From the NCBI GenBank assembly GCA_002269645.1, contig NIVC01001533.1, positions 186,001 through 250,000 of the forward strand: a stretch of DNA of 64,000 nucleotides, in the 5' to 3' direction. This DNA is from Macrostomum lignano. Taxonomy: Eukaryota. Each line of letters opens with the position of its first letter. Positions within the stretch are counted from its first letter, which is position 1. The position numbers and the translations under genes were made by a program. This document shows, in pieces, positions 36,020-49,000 of this stretch. Under the pieces are notes generated by a model. The model was not told where the DNA came from, did not search any database, and was given only the letters and a program-made list of their open reading frames with translations.

Positions 36020-36705
36020 TCAATGGCCACTGTCAACCACTGTCTACGGTCATCTTGCACTCCTTCAACCACTGTCAACAACCATCATGCAACCCTTCAA
36101 CCACTGTCTACAACAATCATGCAGCCCTTCAACCACTGTCTACAACCATCATGCAGCCCTTCAACCACTGTCTACAACAATCATGCAGCCCTTCAACCAC
36201 TGTCAACAACCATCATGCAGCCCTTCAACCACTGTCTACAACAATCATGCAGCCCTTCAAACACTGTCTACAACCATCATGCAGCCCTTCAAACACTGTC
36301 TACAACCATCATGCAGCCCTTCAACCACTGTCTACAACAATCATGCAGCCCTTCAACCACTGTCTACAACAATCATGCAGCCCTTCAACCACTGTCTACA
36401 ACAATCATGCAGCCCTTCAACCACTGTCTACAACAATCATGCAGCCCTTCAACCACTGTCTACAACAATCATGCAGCCCTTCAACCACTGTCTACAACAA
36501 TCATGCACCCCTTCAAACACTGTCTACAACCATCATGCAGCCCTTCAACCACTGTCTACAACAATCATGCAGCCCTTCAACCACTGTCTACAACCATCAT
36601 GCAGCCCTTCAACCACTGTCTACAACCATCATGCACCCCTTCAACCTGTCTACAACCATCATGCAGCCCTTCAACCACTGTCTACAACCATCATGGAACC
36701 CCTCA
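36020..36705. repeat. 32-bp minisatellite AACCACTGTCTACAACAATCATGCAGCCCTTC, about 21 copies
   Basis: Direct inspection. Confidence 0.95.
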
Positions 36706-39700
36706 ACCACGTCTATTTTTCCCTGGAAAACCTCTAACCCTTAGTCAATGGACACATCTAAAAAGTGTCCAATGTATCTAAAAATAAATCAGTAAGTATT
36801 ATATTCAAATTTCCCGTCCCTAGTTTTTTTATTTCTATTTTTATTTAACGACACGAAAGCTGTAAGTTCTTGCTCGGATGTGGACACTTTTTGCTATTTG
36901 GGCTGAATTTTAACTCTCAGAGGATGCTACAGAAAACACATGGGTTGAAAAAGACAGAGATCGGCTGAAATGAGGACAATGACAGTTGCAGTGTTCACGT
37001 CAGGCTAAAATGCGACGTGAATAGAAAGTGTAAAAATGTTTGCTTTGTATTTCTTACGCCAGCAAAATTAGTCGATGAAGCAAAAGAGGGGCCAGGCGCG
37101 GTGCTCGGCTTTACTTTATCAGTTTTCGTTCCAACCCAACACCATCCATTGTTTCATCTCCGGTAGTTCGAGTTTAAGCCTAGATGGGATTAGTATTTTA
37201 TTAATCTGTTCCCTGGTCGCGTCTTCTATTCTCGTGTACTTTTTATGTTGCATTGCTGTAACTGAACTGTTGCATTTCGTGCACTATAACAGCAGAATCC
37301 GGCCGCATCAATTTGATGCATTTTTTAGCCAACTGAAAACTTCAACCGATGGCAAAGATTTCTGCCAAAATAAGGCGCATGGATTCTTTTTTCTTGTACT
37401 TTTCTCTATTTAGCGCATTGTGACTGGGGTGACGCAAGTCTCCCCATCTGGTTATTGGAATTTCTATATCTGCGTATAGTGGACTGCAAATCGCCGTGAC
37501 TGAATCAAAGGGGAAGAGAAATTAATACGGCACGAAGAATTATGAGAGGGGTCGGAATTAATGGATGCATGCAGACTGTTCAATCAGATGCCGATGCGTG
37601 AGCCAAGCTGGTTCCACTATTGGGCTGGGGCCAAGGAGACCCGGACCTAGACCACCCAGAGATGAGATCCAGACTTCAGGCATCACTTGGCTAACTGAAG
37701 TTATCAGAGCATGTTAGTTTGGTTAGACCAAATTTTGTTCATGATCTCATTTAAAGCTGAATAAACGGTTCAACGTCTCCCTGGCCTTGGCTGGGCTAAG
37801 ATCCGGGATGTGAATATCATAGCTTAAGATTGCAACTGCGAGCCCCACCCCCCAGTGGGACGCAATAAAAAGTGACCCGCGATGATGGTAGAGAATATTT
37901 GGCTTCCTTACTGGTTCTCGCGTTCGAGACTTGCACAGATAAATAATTCATTTCGCTTAGACTGCTCAGACAGGATTTTCTTAGCCAAATTTACATCTCA
38001 AAGAGAAATACATGCAGCGATCTCTGAGAAGATGCCTCTGACAAGCAAGGAGCCGGACAGCGAAAATTAATATTCCGCGGAATGACCCTGGAAACCAAAA
38101 CAGCAGCCCACTATTCTCAGCGCTACTCTTTGCCTGCCCTGTACAGTGTTACAGCGCGTAATTCATATTTGAAAGCTGTGAATTCACGCCCTTATAGTCA
38201 ATACAACAGCTGCAAACCGGTAGTGGCTGAGGGCAGTCATTATTGAGAATAATTGGTGGGGGGAACTGCAATTTTGTTACTTATCGATTTTCATCGCCAG
38301 CCGCTCTGTAGTCAGAAAGTCATGCAGCTGCGCGGCGGGCTGTCAGTAAGCTGTCAGCCATGTCAGCACTATACTATTCAGAAGCTTGTCACGCCCCGCA
38401 GGCTCGCTTCTCAACGCCCGGCATGCCACAGCTTACTGACTCACTGCCGGCTTTAATAGTCAACGGCCCACATGAGGATGCAAGCTCTCCAGTACTCTCT
38501 CCCACTGAGTCGGTATTTTTTAATAAGTTTTTTTGTGCTGGATTTATTAACTTTTTTATTTATACTTACAGCTAGCTATTTTTGTTCCTTCCACCAAGAA
38601 AAATTGCAATATTCCGAGAGTTGCAAGCATGCCTGACAGGTTTTAGTAGTCCTTGACCAGCTTTTGATGCAAACCAGCTTTTGCTTCAACCCGCGAACAA
38701 TATAACGATTGGATCTAGAAAAAATCTACACACGAACGATTAGAAACGAATGTGCAAAACGAGTGAAGCATAAAATGCGTGCTACTTACTCGTTAGTAGC
38801 ATTTGCGTCTAATAATATCTGTGGTATTCAGAAGACCCGATCGTGGCCGTTAATTGAAAGAAAATAAGTGCAGGTAAAGAATAAATAGTATCTAGTTCAA
38901 GCATATTCCTAAGCTGACAGCTTTTGAGCTAGCAATACTTCTGAAGCCTAGTGCTCTTGATCCACAACGGGAATAATAGGATCAATACTTAGTTATATTC
39001 CTTCATCATTTGCCCCATCGATATTCTGTTGTTTCTCGTATACGAGTTCAACATGTCCCCACAGGTGTGCCGATTGGCATGGCAACTGAAATTAATTGCA
39101 ATGATTTTTCTTACTCCAATTGAATATGAAGATTGTTTCTATTGATTGGGTTGCTGTGTTCTAAAAGGTCATGGAATTATCTAGGCTTCTTTTTTTCTAT
39201 TCTCAGCTAGGCGGCATTGTAAAGAGACAGCAGCCGTCCTATCCAGCCCTGAGCCCATGCAGTTAAATTTAACTCTTCATCACTTTATATTGCCAAGCAT
39301 TAATTCGAATTGTACTTTTACCTTTTAGAGCGTGTAGGATGACAAAACCTTGAGATGCATGGAGCTTGAGGCTTTTTAACGCTCTTGTAATGCTCCGAAT
39401 TGTAAGTTTAGCAAACACCTGAATAATGCATCGCGCATGAGTTTAAGAGGCGGTAGAAAATTCTCAACACCAATTCTTCGGGCCACTTGTTCACATTAAT
39501 TTTTCTTGGCGCCAAAGCAACTCTTGGCGACGCGCACACGGTAAGCTTTCAAGCTTATACAATGAAATCAGTGAGAATAAAAGGGGTAATCGAGAAGCGC
39601 GAACAGACTGGAAACTGGAACTTGTTACGAAATAACTAACAAAGCTGACCAGAACTATTGCTCTATGCACTGCGCCCCGCGGCACGTGTTGCACGGGCCC

Positions 39701-39867
39701 ATGTTCAGCGCCAGACTCGTGCAACTGTTGCGGCGAGAGAGCATTCCATTCTTCAAAATAACTTCTACCGACCTTACCAGAAGATTGTTAAAAAGACAGA
39801 AAAATGCTAGACTGTAAAGTTTGAAACTAGTGCCAGCACAAATCAGCGCATACTCTCGACAATAGCT

Positions 39868-41704
39868 ATGTCTCAGCAGCAGCAGGAGGAGGACAAGTAC
39901 GTGAAAATGTCCGAGGAAGGCGAGGAACATGAAGTTCCAACGCTGACTAGAGGCGAATACATCTTTGTGAAGTTTGTCCGGCCGGGTCTGGCCAAATTTT
40001 TCGGCATGCTACTGTTCGTATTCGTGGACATCATGGCTGTGTATTCCACGCAGAAGATCACTGGAATAGCGATTGCTCACGGCTTCGGCTTGTTTGTATT
40101 GGTGACCGTCATGGCACCCATCAGGTAAATGCTACCGAATTGGCACTTTGGAACTCGTTTCTGGGTTTTTAGTGAGACTTAGTGGGCGTCACTTTCTGTA
40201 GGCAGGAGTCAGGGAGGCGCATGGTCAAAGAATATTTGTTCAATATTTCATTTCAGCGGCGGCCACCTGAATCCGGCTGTGTCGCTGCGCGTCTTCGTCG
40301 CTGGAAAGAGGACATGGCCGTTGCTGATTTTGTATCCGATTGCCCAGTTGCTCGGTGCTCTGGTTGGCTCCCTGCTAGCCATGGTGGGTGCATGGCTTCC
40401 GAGTCCACGATTTTGCCTGCCGGCAGGCATTCCAAATTTCTCCCGTTGACAATCGCATTCGTTTGCCTATCTCGCAGGTCTTCAGGATCGGAGTGCCGGA
40501 GAGCAAGAGTCCGATGAGCCTGTCAACAGAAACCACCGGGAGCACGAGAATTTCCCGCAGGAAGTTTTCCCGCCGGGGTTTTCCCGCAGGGTTTTTACAG
40601 TCGGAATTTCAAGTCAAATCCAGTCTATAGACAATGCTGGACTAGATTAGAACTAGCCTAGACTAGACTAGTCATTAACTAGACTAGATTAAAAACTAGA
40701 CTAGATTAGAACTAGACTAGATTAAAAACTAGACTAGATTAAAAACTAGACTAGATTAGAACTGGACTAGATTAAAAACTAGACTAGATTAAAAACTAGA
40801 CTAGATTAAAACTAGACTAGATTAGAACTAGACTAAACTAGATTTCAAATCCGATTACATTTGATTTGAAATTCCGACAGGAAAAGCCCTGCGGGCAAAC
40901 CTCGGCACGAAAACTTCCTGTGGGAAATTCTCATAGACCCAAACCACCCGCTTGGCTGAGCACTTCCCCATCGAAGGTCTGGATGCCGGACGGGCCATAC
41001 TGGGAGAAGCAACCATCACTTTCATGCTCGCATCACTTTCATGCTCGTTCTAGTGGTTCTGATGACCACGGATCAGAAGAACAAGACCGGATTCGCTCCG
41101 CTGGCCATTGGCATTGCCGTGCTCTGTGGAGTTCTCTGCAGGTCAGGGTCGCTGAGTGTTAACTTTTTTGAGAAGCTCTGGGTTTATTTAGGCAATCGTG
41201 GGATGTCAACTACTCTACTTTTCCAAGTGACTTTTTAAGTCTATCAAGGGTATTAACTCTATGGTTCTAAACAGATGGAGCCAACATCCCTCAACGGTGG
41301 TTCAGAAACCTATCGAGTCACTCTTAAATCGTTGCCAACCCGTCCCGTGCAATCACACAGTGGCCACGTGACTGGCGGCGGCTCAATCAACCCGGTTCGC
41401 TCGTTTGGCCCGGCCATTTCAGCTCTGATGATCGGGAACTTCAAGCCAGCCGAGAATCTCTACATTTACTTTTTTTGCCCCCTGGTTGGCGTGGCCCTGG
41501 CCGGCGTTGTATACAAGTAAGTCACGCGTCAATTGGCAATGGCGCAACCAGCACTCATCTACTTACTATAAGTAGCCACAAAGTACATTTAACAATCAAA
41601 AAGAAAACAAAAAATACTGAATTAAAAAGCCGACAATTATCCTTTTCAGAATACTAGCGCCGATTCTCGTTGGGTACAAGGACTACTTAAGTTTAACGAA
41701 GTGA
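39868..41704 (+). pseudogene. AQP: AQP8-like aquaporin (MIP family) pseudogene; exons 39868-40124, 40257-40383, 40478-41141 (interrupted), 41361-41516, probable 41650-41704
   Basis: GIAIAHG, SGGHLNPAVS, YPIAQLLGA, EATITFMLVLVV, APLAIG, GSINPVRSFGP. Exon 3 carries a 403-bp MITE and a 17-bp tandem duplication that gives a stop at 41051-41053. Confidence 0.92.
40538..40940. mobile_element. MITE with about 80-bp TIRs starting GGG, 8-bp TSD and an internal 16/17-bp array (Merlin- or Mutator-like; superfamily inferred)
   Basis: TSD AAACCACC (40530-40537, 40941-40948); ends GGGAGCACGAGAATTTCCCGCAGGAAGTTTT / AAAACTTCCTGTGGGAAATTCTCATAGACCC; (ACTAGACTAGATTAAAA)n inside. Confidence 0.9.
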
Positions 41705-42674
41705 CTTCAGTGGTCTTTGGTTGGGTAATGAAGAAAACGGATTGAGACCGATCGACGAGTGAAGAAGTCTGTTTTTTGGGACTTTGTTTGCAACCATTCA
41801 CTCACTAACAGCTATTATTATGGTGTTAAAGCTACACAGCCATTAAGTAGCGTTGAAAAAGTTCTTATTTTTATTACGAGCTAGAGTGATTTGAATTTTA
41901 ACTTGAAAACTTCTAGCTCACATTATATTTAACAGACGTGTTAGTGAGCTGAAGAAAGTATAACATTTTAATTCTTGTGACACTCTTGTGCTCTGATCTC
42001 TAGCGTGATTGAATAGTTTTTTGTTAGGCTCTGTGCACTCTTTGAACATTTTGCTTATGATGAAAGTAGCAGGAAACCGTGTAATGAAATAGGGGACAGC
42101 GGTTGGTGATCTGGTGTAGCGGTAGCACTCCGTGAGTGTCCTCTATTGAGAGTAGGACCTCGGGATTAGACCAGTATTAGGTCAACTTCTCCGTTAGTCG
42201 ACCTATCTACTCATTTTCAATCTTCTATTCATCTACCGCGAGTCCGTCTTATTCATTGCTGAGATTTGCTTGCCAAATTGCGTTGAATCACTCGTATTAA
42301 GCGTTTAATTTACAAGTCAATTATCTGAATCCTGTGTATCGAGAATCAAGTAAACGAATTCAAGACCTATTATTAGTTAGCCCCCGTTATTATCAAAATC
42401 AAATGATCACTCAATCTAAATCAATCTGGACTTGTCTTATCCGTGTCATTCATTTACTTGTACCGTACCTGCGACTATTGGAGAAAGTTTGGTAGGACTC
42501 AATAATTTTAAACTCTCCGATTGCTCCAGTAGGTTTGTCTAGGTCCTAAACTATTTGCCGTATCGTAAATATTACAGGGACAAGGTAGCAAAAGATCAAG
42601 CCGTCTTTTCCGTAGATGAGGACGTCTATGGCCAAGAGACCATTGATTTAGTGCAAAGTCAGCGAGGGGCGAAA

Positions 42675-43320
42675 ACTGACTGACTGACTGACTGACTGAC
42701 TGACTGACTGACTGACTGACTGACTGACTGACTGACTGACTGACTGACTGACTGACTGACTGACTGACTGACTGACTGACTGACTGACTGACTGACTGAC
42801 TGACTGACTGACTGACTGACTGACTGACTGACTGACTGACTGACTGACTGACTGACTGACTGACTGACTGACTGACTGACTGACTGACTGACTGACTGAC
42901 TGACTGACTGACTGACTGACTGACTGACTGACTGACTGACTGACTGACTGACTGACTGACTGACTGACTGACTGACTGACTGACTGACTGACTGACTGAC
43001 TGACTGACTGACTGACTGACTGACTGACTGACTGACTGACTGACTGACTGACTGACTGACTGACTGACTGACTGACTGACTGACTGACTGACTGACTGAC
43101 TGACTGACTGACTGACTGACTGACTGACTGACTGACTGACTGACTGACTGACTGACTGACTGACTGACTGACTGACTGACTGACTGACTGACTGACTGAC
43201 TGACTGACTGACTGACTGACTGACTGACTGACTGACTGACTGACTGACTGACTGACTGACTGACTGACTGACTGACTGACTGACTGACTGACTGACTGAC
43301 TGACTGACTGACTGACTGAC
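42675..43320. repeat. Perfect (ACTG)n microsatellite, about 646 bp
   Basis: Direct inspection. Confidence 0.98.
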
Positions 43321-43330
43321 CTCCGAAAAA

Positions 43331-43432
43331 AGGGTGTGCGTGGTGACCCCCAGTCCTTGGACTGAACAGCCGTACGCAGCCTTCAGATGCGCCGCGCAGT
43401 AGCTGCGGCTGAGCTGTCGGTTGCACATCTGC
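43331..43432 (+). mobile_element. 3' fragment of the CORE-like SINE
   Basis: AGGGTGTGCGTGGTGACCCCCAGTCCTTGGACTGAACAGCC...GCACATCTG matches 4511-4612. Confidence 0.85.
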
Positions 43433-43681
43433 TTATCTGCTATGCATTCATACGTAGCATAATCACTAGGTTCAGCGCTCTTCTCTGCCAATTAAGTCAG
43501 TGACGACTTTGAAGTCCAGACTCCGAAAAGAGGTTTGCTGGTCATAATTGTTTGCTGCTACTACGGCCCGTATTAACAATATTTTTTTCCATTTTTGTTT
43601 TTGCCACAATCGTGGTAGCAAGTTACCGCGGGACTCAGTTTGCCCAACAGTTCCTAAAAAATGGAGCTACCATAGACAACA

Positions 43682-44449
43682 TAGGGAATACAAAATTCCG
43701 AGTTTTGCTAATCCCGGGATTTTCCTTCCGGATCGGGGTATCTTTGTTCTAATCATTGTTGGTACAATTTAGGTTTACGAAGCCATCTAACCTGATTTAA
43801 AAGGGCTTTCAATGATGAATGCAGAACAGAATAAAAGATTTTGCAAACAAGAAACTGACAGTTTGCTTTTAACTGGGTGTACGGGCTGGCGAAATAGGTG
43901 TGCCTTTTTACATGCCAGTATCAGCTCAGGAAGATCACACTTGACTGGGGGATGACAGCTTACGAGCTATGGCCCGAGGTACTGATACCAGGGTAGAGGG
44001 GATCAGACCTCACTCTCCCAGGGGCGACCGCCCTAGATGGAGAATTGGTAGCTTGGGTTGTGGTCCGATTAGCAAGGTCCCACTGTTCTAATCCCAACCA
44101 CGATCAATCGATCAAGGAGTTTTGAAGCTAAGGGACTGCATTATTACACCTTAAATCTCCTAATGATCTGCTAACAGCATCTGTTTTGCATCCCTGCAGC
44201 CCTAGCCTTCTCACTAGCCTGCATGATTAAAAGATTAATAAATCAAACCAGGACAACTAAGTTATGATTTTCACCTGACAAGTATCTCAGCTACAGATAC
44301 TGCATGCTACTCAAGAATGAATTATTGAATTATTGCAAAGCGGAACCGGGATCGGGATCCCGATGGTCGATCCCAGGATTCGAAATTCCGGACAATTGTG
44401 ATCTTGGGATTTAGAATCCCGGGATTTGGGCCCGGGATTGCATTCCCTA
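43682..44449. mobile_element. Possible degenerate hAT-like element (TAGGGAAT ends, CCCGGGAT subterminal repeats)
   Basis: TAGGGAATACAA..AATCCCGGGATT at the left end and AATCCCGGGATT..ATTGCATTCCCTA at the right; TSD-like TAGACAAC/TGGACAAC offset by 1 nt. Confidence 0.35.
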
Positions 44450-46009
44450 TGGACAACCATCCGCGCGGTGAGCGCGTTACTCGTTTCACTTATCTCCCTC
44501 CAGTGTCTTAAACTGTCTGTGAGAAGCTCAATCGGTCTCCGTAAGAATTCATCTGACATATTAGCTCCAAATGTTGCGGAATTAAATAGATGATGTCAGC
44601 ACGATTGAGAAATACTCGTGGTGATTGTGAAGGTCTCCACTGGTGCAGCACTCCAGCACTACAGGGTCGAAATCTGTCAATTAATCAAGCAGATAGAAAA
44701 GCTCGGATCTGAGTTGACCTCAGAGAAATCTCTGACTAGCCTTCTTGCTTTTCTTTTCTTGTAAGCACGATTTACATGAAAACATTGTGCTACCCATGTA
44801 AACTTACACAAACACACGCTTTACCAGTGGCGCAGAGTTCTTTTACTGAGATTAGTCGTGTTATACGTTGTCAAGCAGCAGACAAGCAAACTGCGCTCAA
44901 AACAACAAAAAACAAAACAAACAGCTTTCAGCACAAAAATTGTTATTGCTTCCGATGGGATGCATGGGATGTTCATCTTTTGATATGTGCCTTTCTCATA
45001 GCTCTATTGATATTCATAAAGCTTTTTGTTCCAAAAATTAGGATTCTGTATCAACAGTCAACAGTATCAACTGTCCGCTACCACAACCAGTCCGCTACCT
45101 TGCCATCAATACGCGGCCAGGCTCGGTTAAAGTCTTCTCGAAGCAACGTCTTGTAGAAGAAAAGGGTCCGGAAGAGTGACAACAAAAATAGTGTTAAATT
45201 CATGGGTTTTCCGGGCAAAACTACTCAGAAATTCCATAATGTAAAGCGATATTTAAAGCAAGTGCTTGTAACAATCGTTCGTGGTGGTGAAACATGCTAA
45301 AAAAGTCTGGAAGTAAATTGTTATATGTATGTGCCCTCAAGATCGACATGGAAGGAGCATAATATCGATAGACCTATCGATAGAGCCATAAAAATATCTA
45401 TTAAAATGTACGCTGTGAAAGGTTTGAGAATTTTCTAACGATTAGACAGTCAAATTTCTTCAAAGAGAAAGAGAAAGGATCAAAGAGAATTAATTCCCTC
45501 AAATTTACGAATAAGTGGGGCAGGACTGCCAGCTAAATAGTGACGAGCTTTTTTGACCGGCAGGACTGCCGGCTAGTGACGAGCTTATTTGATCGGCAGG
45601 AGTGCCGGCTAAATAGTGGCGAGCTTATTTTACCGGTGCCAGCTGAATACTCGTAGTACAAACTTACGTCCGGTGACCGCCGCGCCGGCCAAGCACTGCT
45701 TTATTTTAAACCGAGTTAGGCTTTATCTAAAGAGTAAAACAAAGATTATAAAATATATTATCAGAAAAAATTATTTATGCTATCAATAGGAACATCCTAG
45801 TAATTTTTTGCTATTTTTTTTTTCTAAATTTAGCTTTTTAAACAGTTTAAGTTAGTGGCGCTACAAGGTCAGTAAAGTTTTGTCTGAGATATAATTTACA
45901 TAAGTAATTTTCAAAGTTCATCACGATCTTCTTGCTGCCGAAGTTTGTTTGGATCGAGCTCTGCTACCTTCGTTTGTTAACTCTCTTCTTGACTTAATCA
46001 AAATCTATC

Positions 46010-49000
46010 ATGGCTCAGGTATGTAGTTTTTGCGTCTCTTGTTGACACGATTTGATTTTAGATGAATAAACTTAGAGAGCCTTTTCATATTGCTTGCTCT
46101 GGTTCCAGAACCAGAACCAATTTGTGAAGTATAACTTTTTGTCTCCATAACTAGAGGGAGATACGTGCTATAAAGTTTTTATTATTGAATGACAATCGCC
46201 AAGAAGAAAGTGAAAAATTGTGCTAAGTTAGGTTGTTAAGGCAGTCAAATATTAACAGAGTTTAATAGTTATACTGCTGTTTTTCTTGGAATTCCGAACC
46301 GATTCTGGTTCTGGAATTGGTAATATGAAAAGGCCCAGAGTAGGTCCTATGACTAGGCCTGCCCTAAATTTTATCTTAGTTAGGCCTAACTATCTTTAAA
46401 GCTAAGCTAATCAATGTTTATTGAATTGTTTCATTTTTCGTCAGCTATACAGTTTGTCAACACATTAGCTTTCTATAAAAATCCACATATTTGTGGGACA
46501 TTTCATTACCTCTACAGAAATGAGTCATTTCGAAGGTGCCCGCGCCCTCCTTTATCTCTTTTATTTAAATTATTTCCTTTATTCTCCTTTATCTCCTTTA
46601 TCTCTTTTATTTAGAAGATTTTTGGGACTCTCTCTTTTATTTTAGCCACTTTAGCTCCTAGCACTTGTGGGGAAATCCAAAAATCGGGGGCAAGTTTTAT
46701 GAAAATTCGTTTTTTGGCAATTTGAAAGCAATAAAGCTATAAAATAAATTTATTCAAGTTTTTAAAACGTTAAAAAGTCTATTAAAGCACAAATTATTTT
46801 CGTATAGCTTTATTTTTAATAAAATGATTTGTTAAAACGGTAAGTTTAATTACGACCTAAAATGAGTCTAATGAAAATGATTGAAAAGCTATAATAATGT
46901 ATTTTATTAACTTTAACTATCTTATAATGTTACACTCTATAATTCTACAACATATTTAACATTATTTTAAGGTTTTATTTGTTTATCACTTTCGTTACTC
47001 TTGACAACGTGCATTTTGTAGAGTTCGTTTGCAATAAATTGTATTCAACGTAAGTTTATTATTTAAACATACAAATTCCCGTAAGGATCGGAAAATTGCA
47101 TTTTACTCAGCTTCTACTAAAGCGATTTGGAAAATTCTTTTTTTCCTGCATACACGCCGCGATGATACATGTTTTAGTGTAATTTCATTTTTCTTCGTCG
47201 CTTAATAAGCATACAGTAAGCATCTGATTTGGAAGCCGGGTAACACATTGGAATTCCCATAAGGATTGGAAAATTGCATTTTACTCAGCTTCTACTGAAG
47301 CGATTTGGAAAATTCTTTTTTTCCTGCATACACGCCGCGATGATACATGTTTTAGTGTAATTTCATTGTTCTTCGTCGCTTAATAAGCATACAGTAAGCA
47401 TCTTATTTGGAAGCCGGGTAACACATTGGAATTCCCATAAGGATTGGAAAATTGCATTTTACTCAGCTTCTACTGAAGCGATTTGGAAAATTCTTTTTTT
47501 CCTGCATACACGCCGCGATGATACATGTTTTAGTGTAATTTCATTGTTCTTCGTCGCTTAATAAGCATACAGTAAGCATCTGATTTGGAAGCCGGGTAAC
47601 ACATTGGAATTCCCATAAGGATAGGAAAATTGCATTTTACTCAGCTTCTACTGAAGCGATTTGGAAAATTCTTTTTTTCCTGCATACACGCCGCGATGAT
47701 ACATGTTTTAGTGTAATTTCATTGTTCTTCGTCGCTTAATGAGCATACAGTAAGCATCTGATTTGGATGCCGGGTTCACATTTTGTGGTACCATTTTTTA
47801 CCCAAAATTTTTAAGTCTAAATATAGGCATATTACAAATACTAATACTATGCAAGTTGATATTTAAATGAAAGAAAACAACTTAAAGATTATTTTGCAAC
47901 AAGGAATTAGCGATATATTTACTTTTAGAAAAAGATGTTTGCTGGCAAACTTTGCACTTTATATTAGTATGAATTTTTGCGAGTTTATATGGTTTTAGAA
48001 AAACTTTGAAATCCTTAGAAATACTTCATCTTTTTGAATTGAATAAAAAGTAAAACACAGATTACTTTCTGTTTTGTAAGTAGTAAAAAAATTAGCCTTC
48101 TCTAAGGCCTACAAGTCTTAAAATTAATTGTTTAATAATGAAAAAAAGTGAAACAAAAAATTGCAAATCGGTCAACTCGGACTTTCAAAATGCTTTTTTG
48201 TGGTTTTTTCTTATTTATTCAACAATATAAAGCATGAAAACAATAGTTTTTATCCAGAACTATTTTCTAAGGACCTATCTATCTTTCAAAAACCTTTTTT
48301 AGATACATTACTTTCCATCGAATGTCCGCAGATTTGTTTTACTGTTTTATCCCACGTTTTTGGATTTCGCCTTGTACTTAATGTGTTGTTACTTTAGGGT
48401 CCTTTTAAATAATCATTTTTAAGACTATTTTCCTAGGCAAAGTTATGTAGAAAAATAGTTTATAAGTCTCAACAAAGGTTTGTATATATGATTAGTTAAT
48501 ATTTGAACAAACTTTAAAGCAGCAACCCTAGATTAGCCACAATATTAGATATGTGGAACTGTGGAGCTAGAAATATACAATTTCTTCTTAGGACTGCAAA
48601 TTAGCTAGAAAGATGATATGATCAAAGTAGTCAACAAATAGGCCACAGAATAAAACAACCATAAGAGTATTATGTCCCTTGAGAGTACAACTGGGAGAGT
48701 ACATGAGTACAACTGGCTTTTAAAGCAAGGATTGGTAGATTTTTACCTTAAAGGCCAGATAAAGAATCCAGCTAATTGCTGCAAGGGCAGATAAAAATGG
48801 AAAGAAGAATGAATAGACAATAAGAGAAAAAAGAAGTAAGAGAAGGGATAGGAGAATAGATAAAAATATAAGAAGAGACAGGAGGGTAAGGAGAGAGAGT
48901 AGAGAAGAGGGAGGAAGGAAAAGGAGTGCAAGGACAATGGAAGGGAAAAGAGGCAAATAAGAAAGACAAGAAGAGAGAGGAGAGATGATATGAGAGAGAG

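Noticed and set aside
41275-41360. ORF-track N-terminal extension MEPTSLNGG... of the last aquaporin segment
   Set aside because: Intronic; the acceptor CACACAG|T at 41360 joins exon 3 in frame.
42105-42175. tRNA or second SINE head (GGTGTAGCGGTAGCAC)
   Set aside because: An A-box-like motif only; the B box is degenerate, there is no cloverleaf and no second copy in the window.
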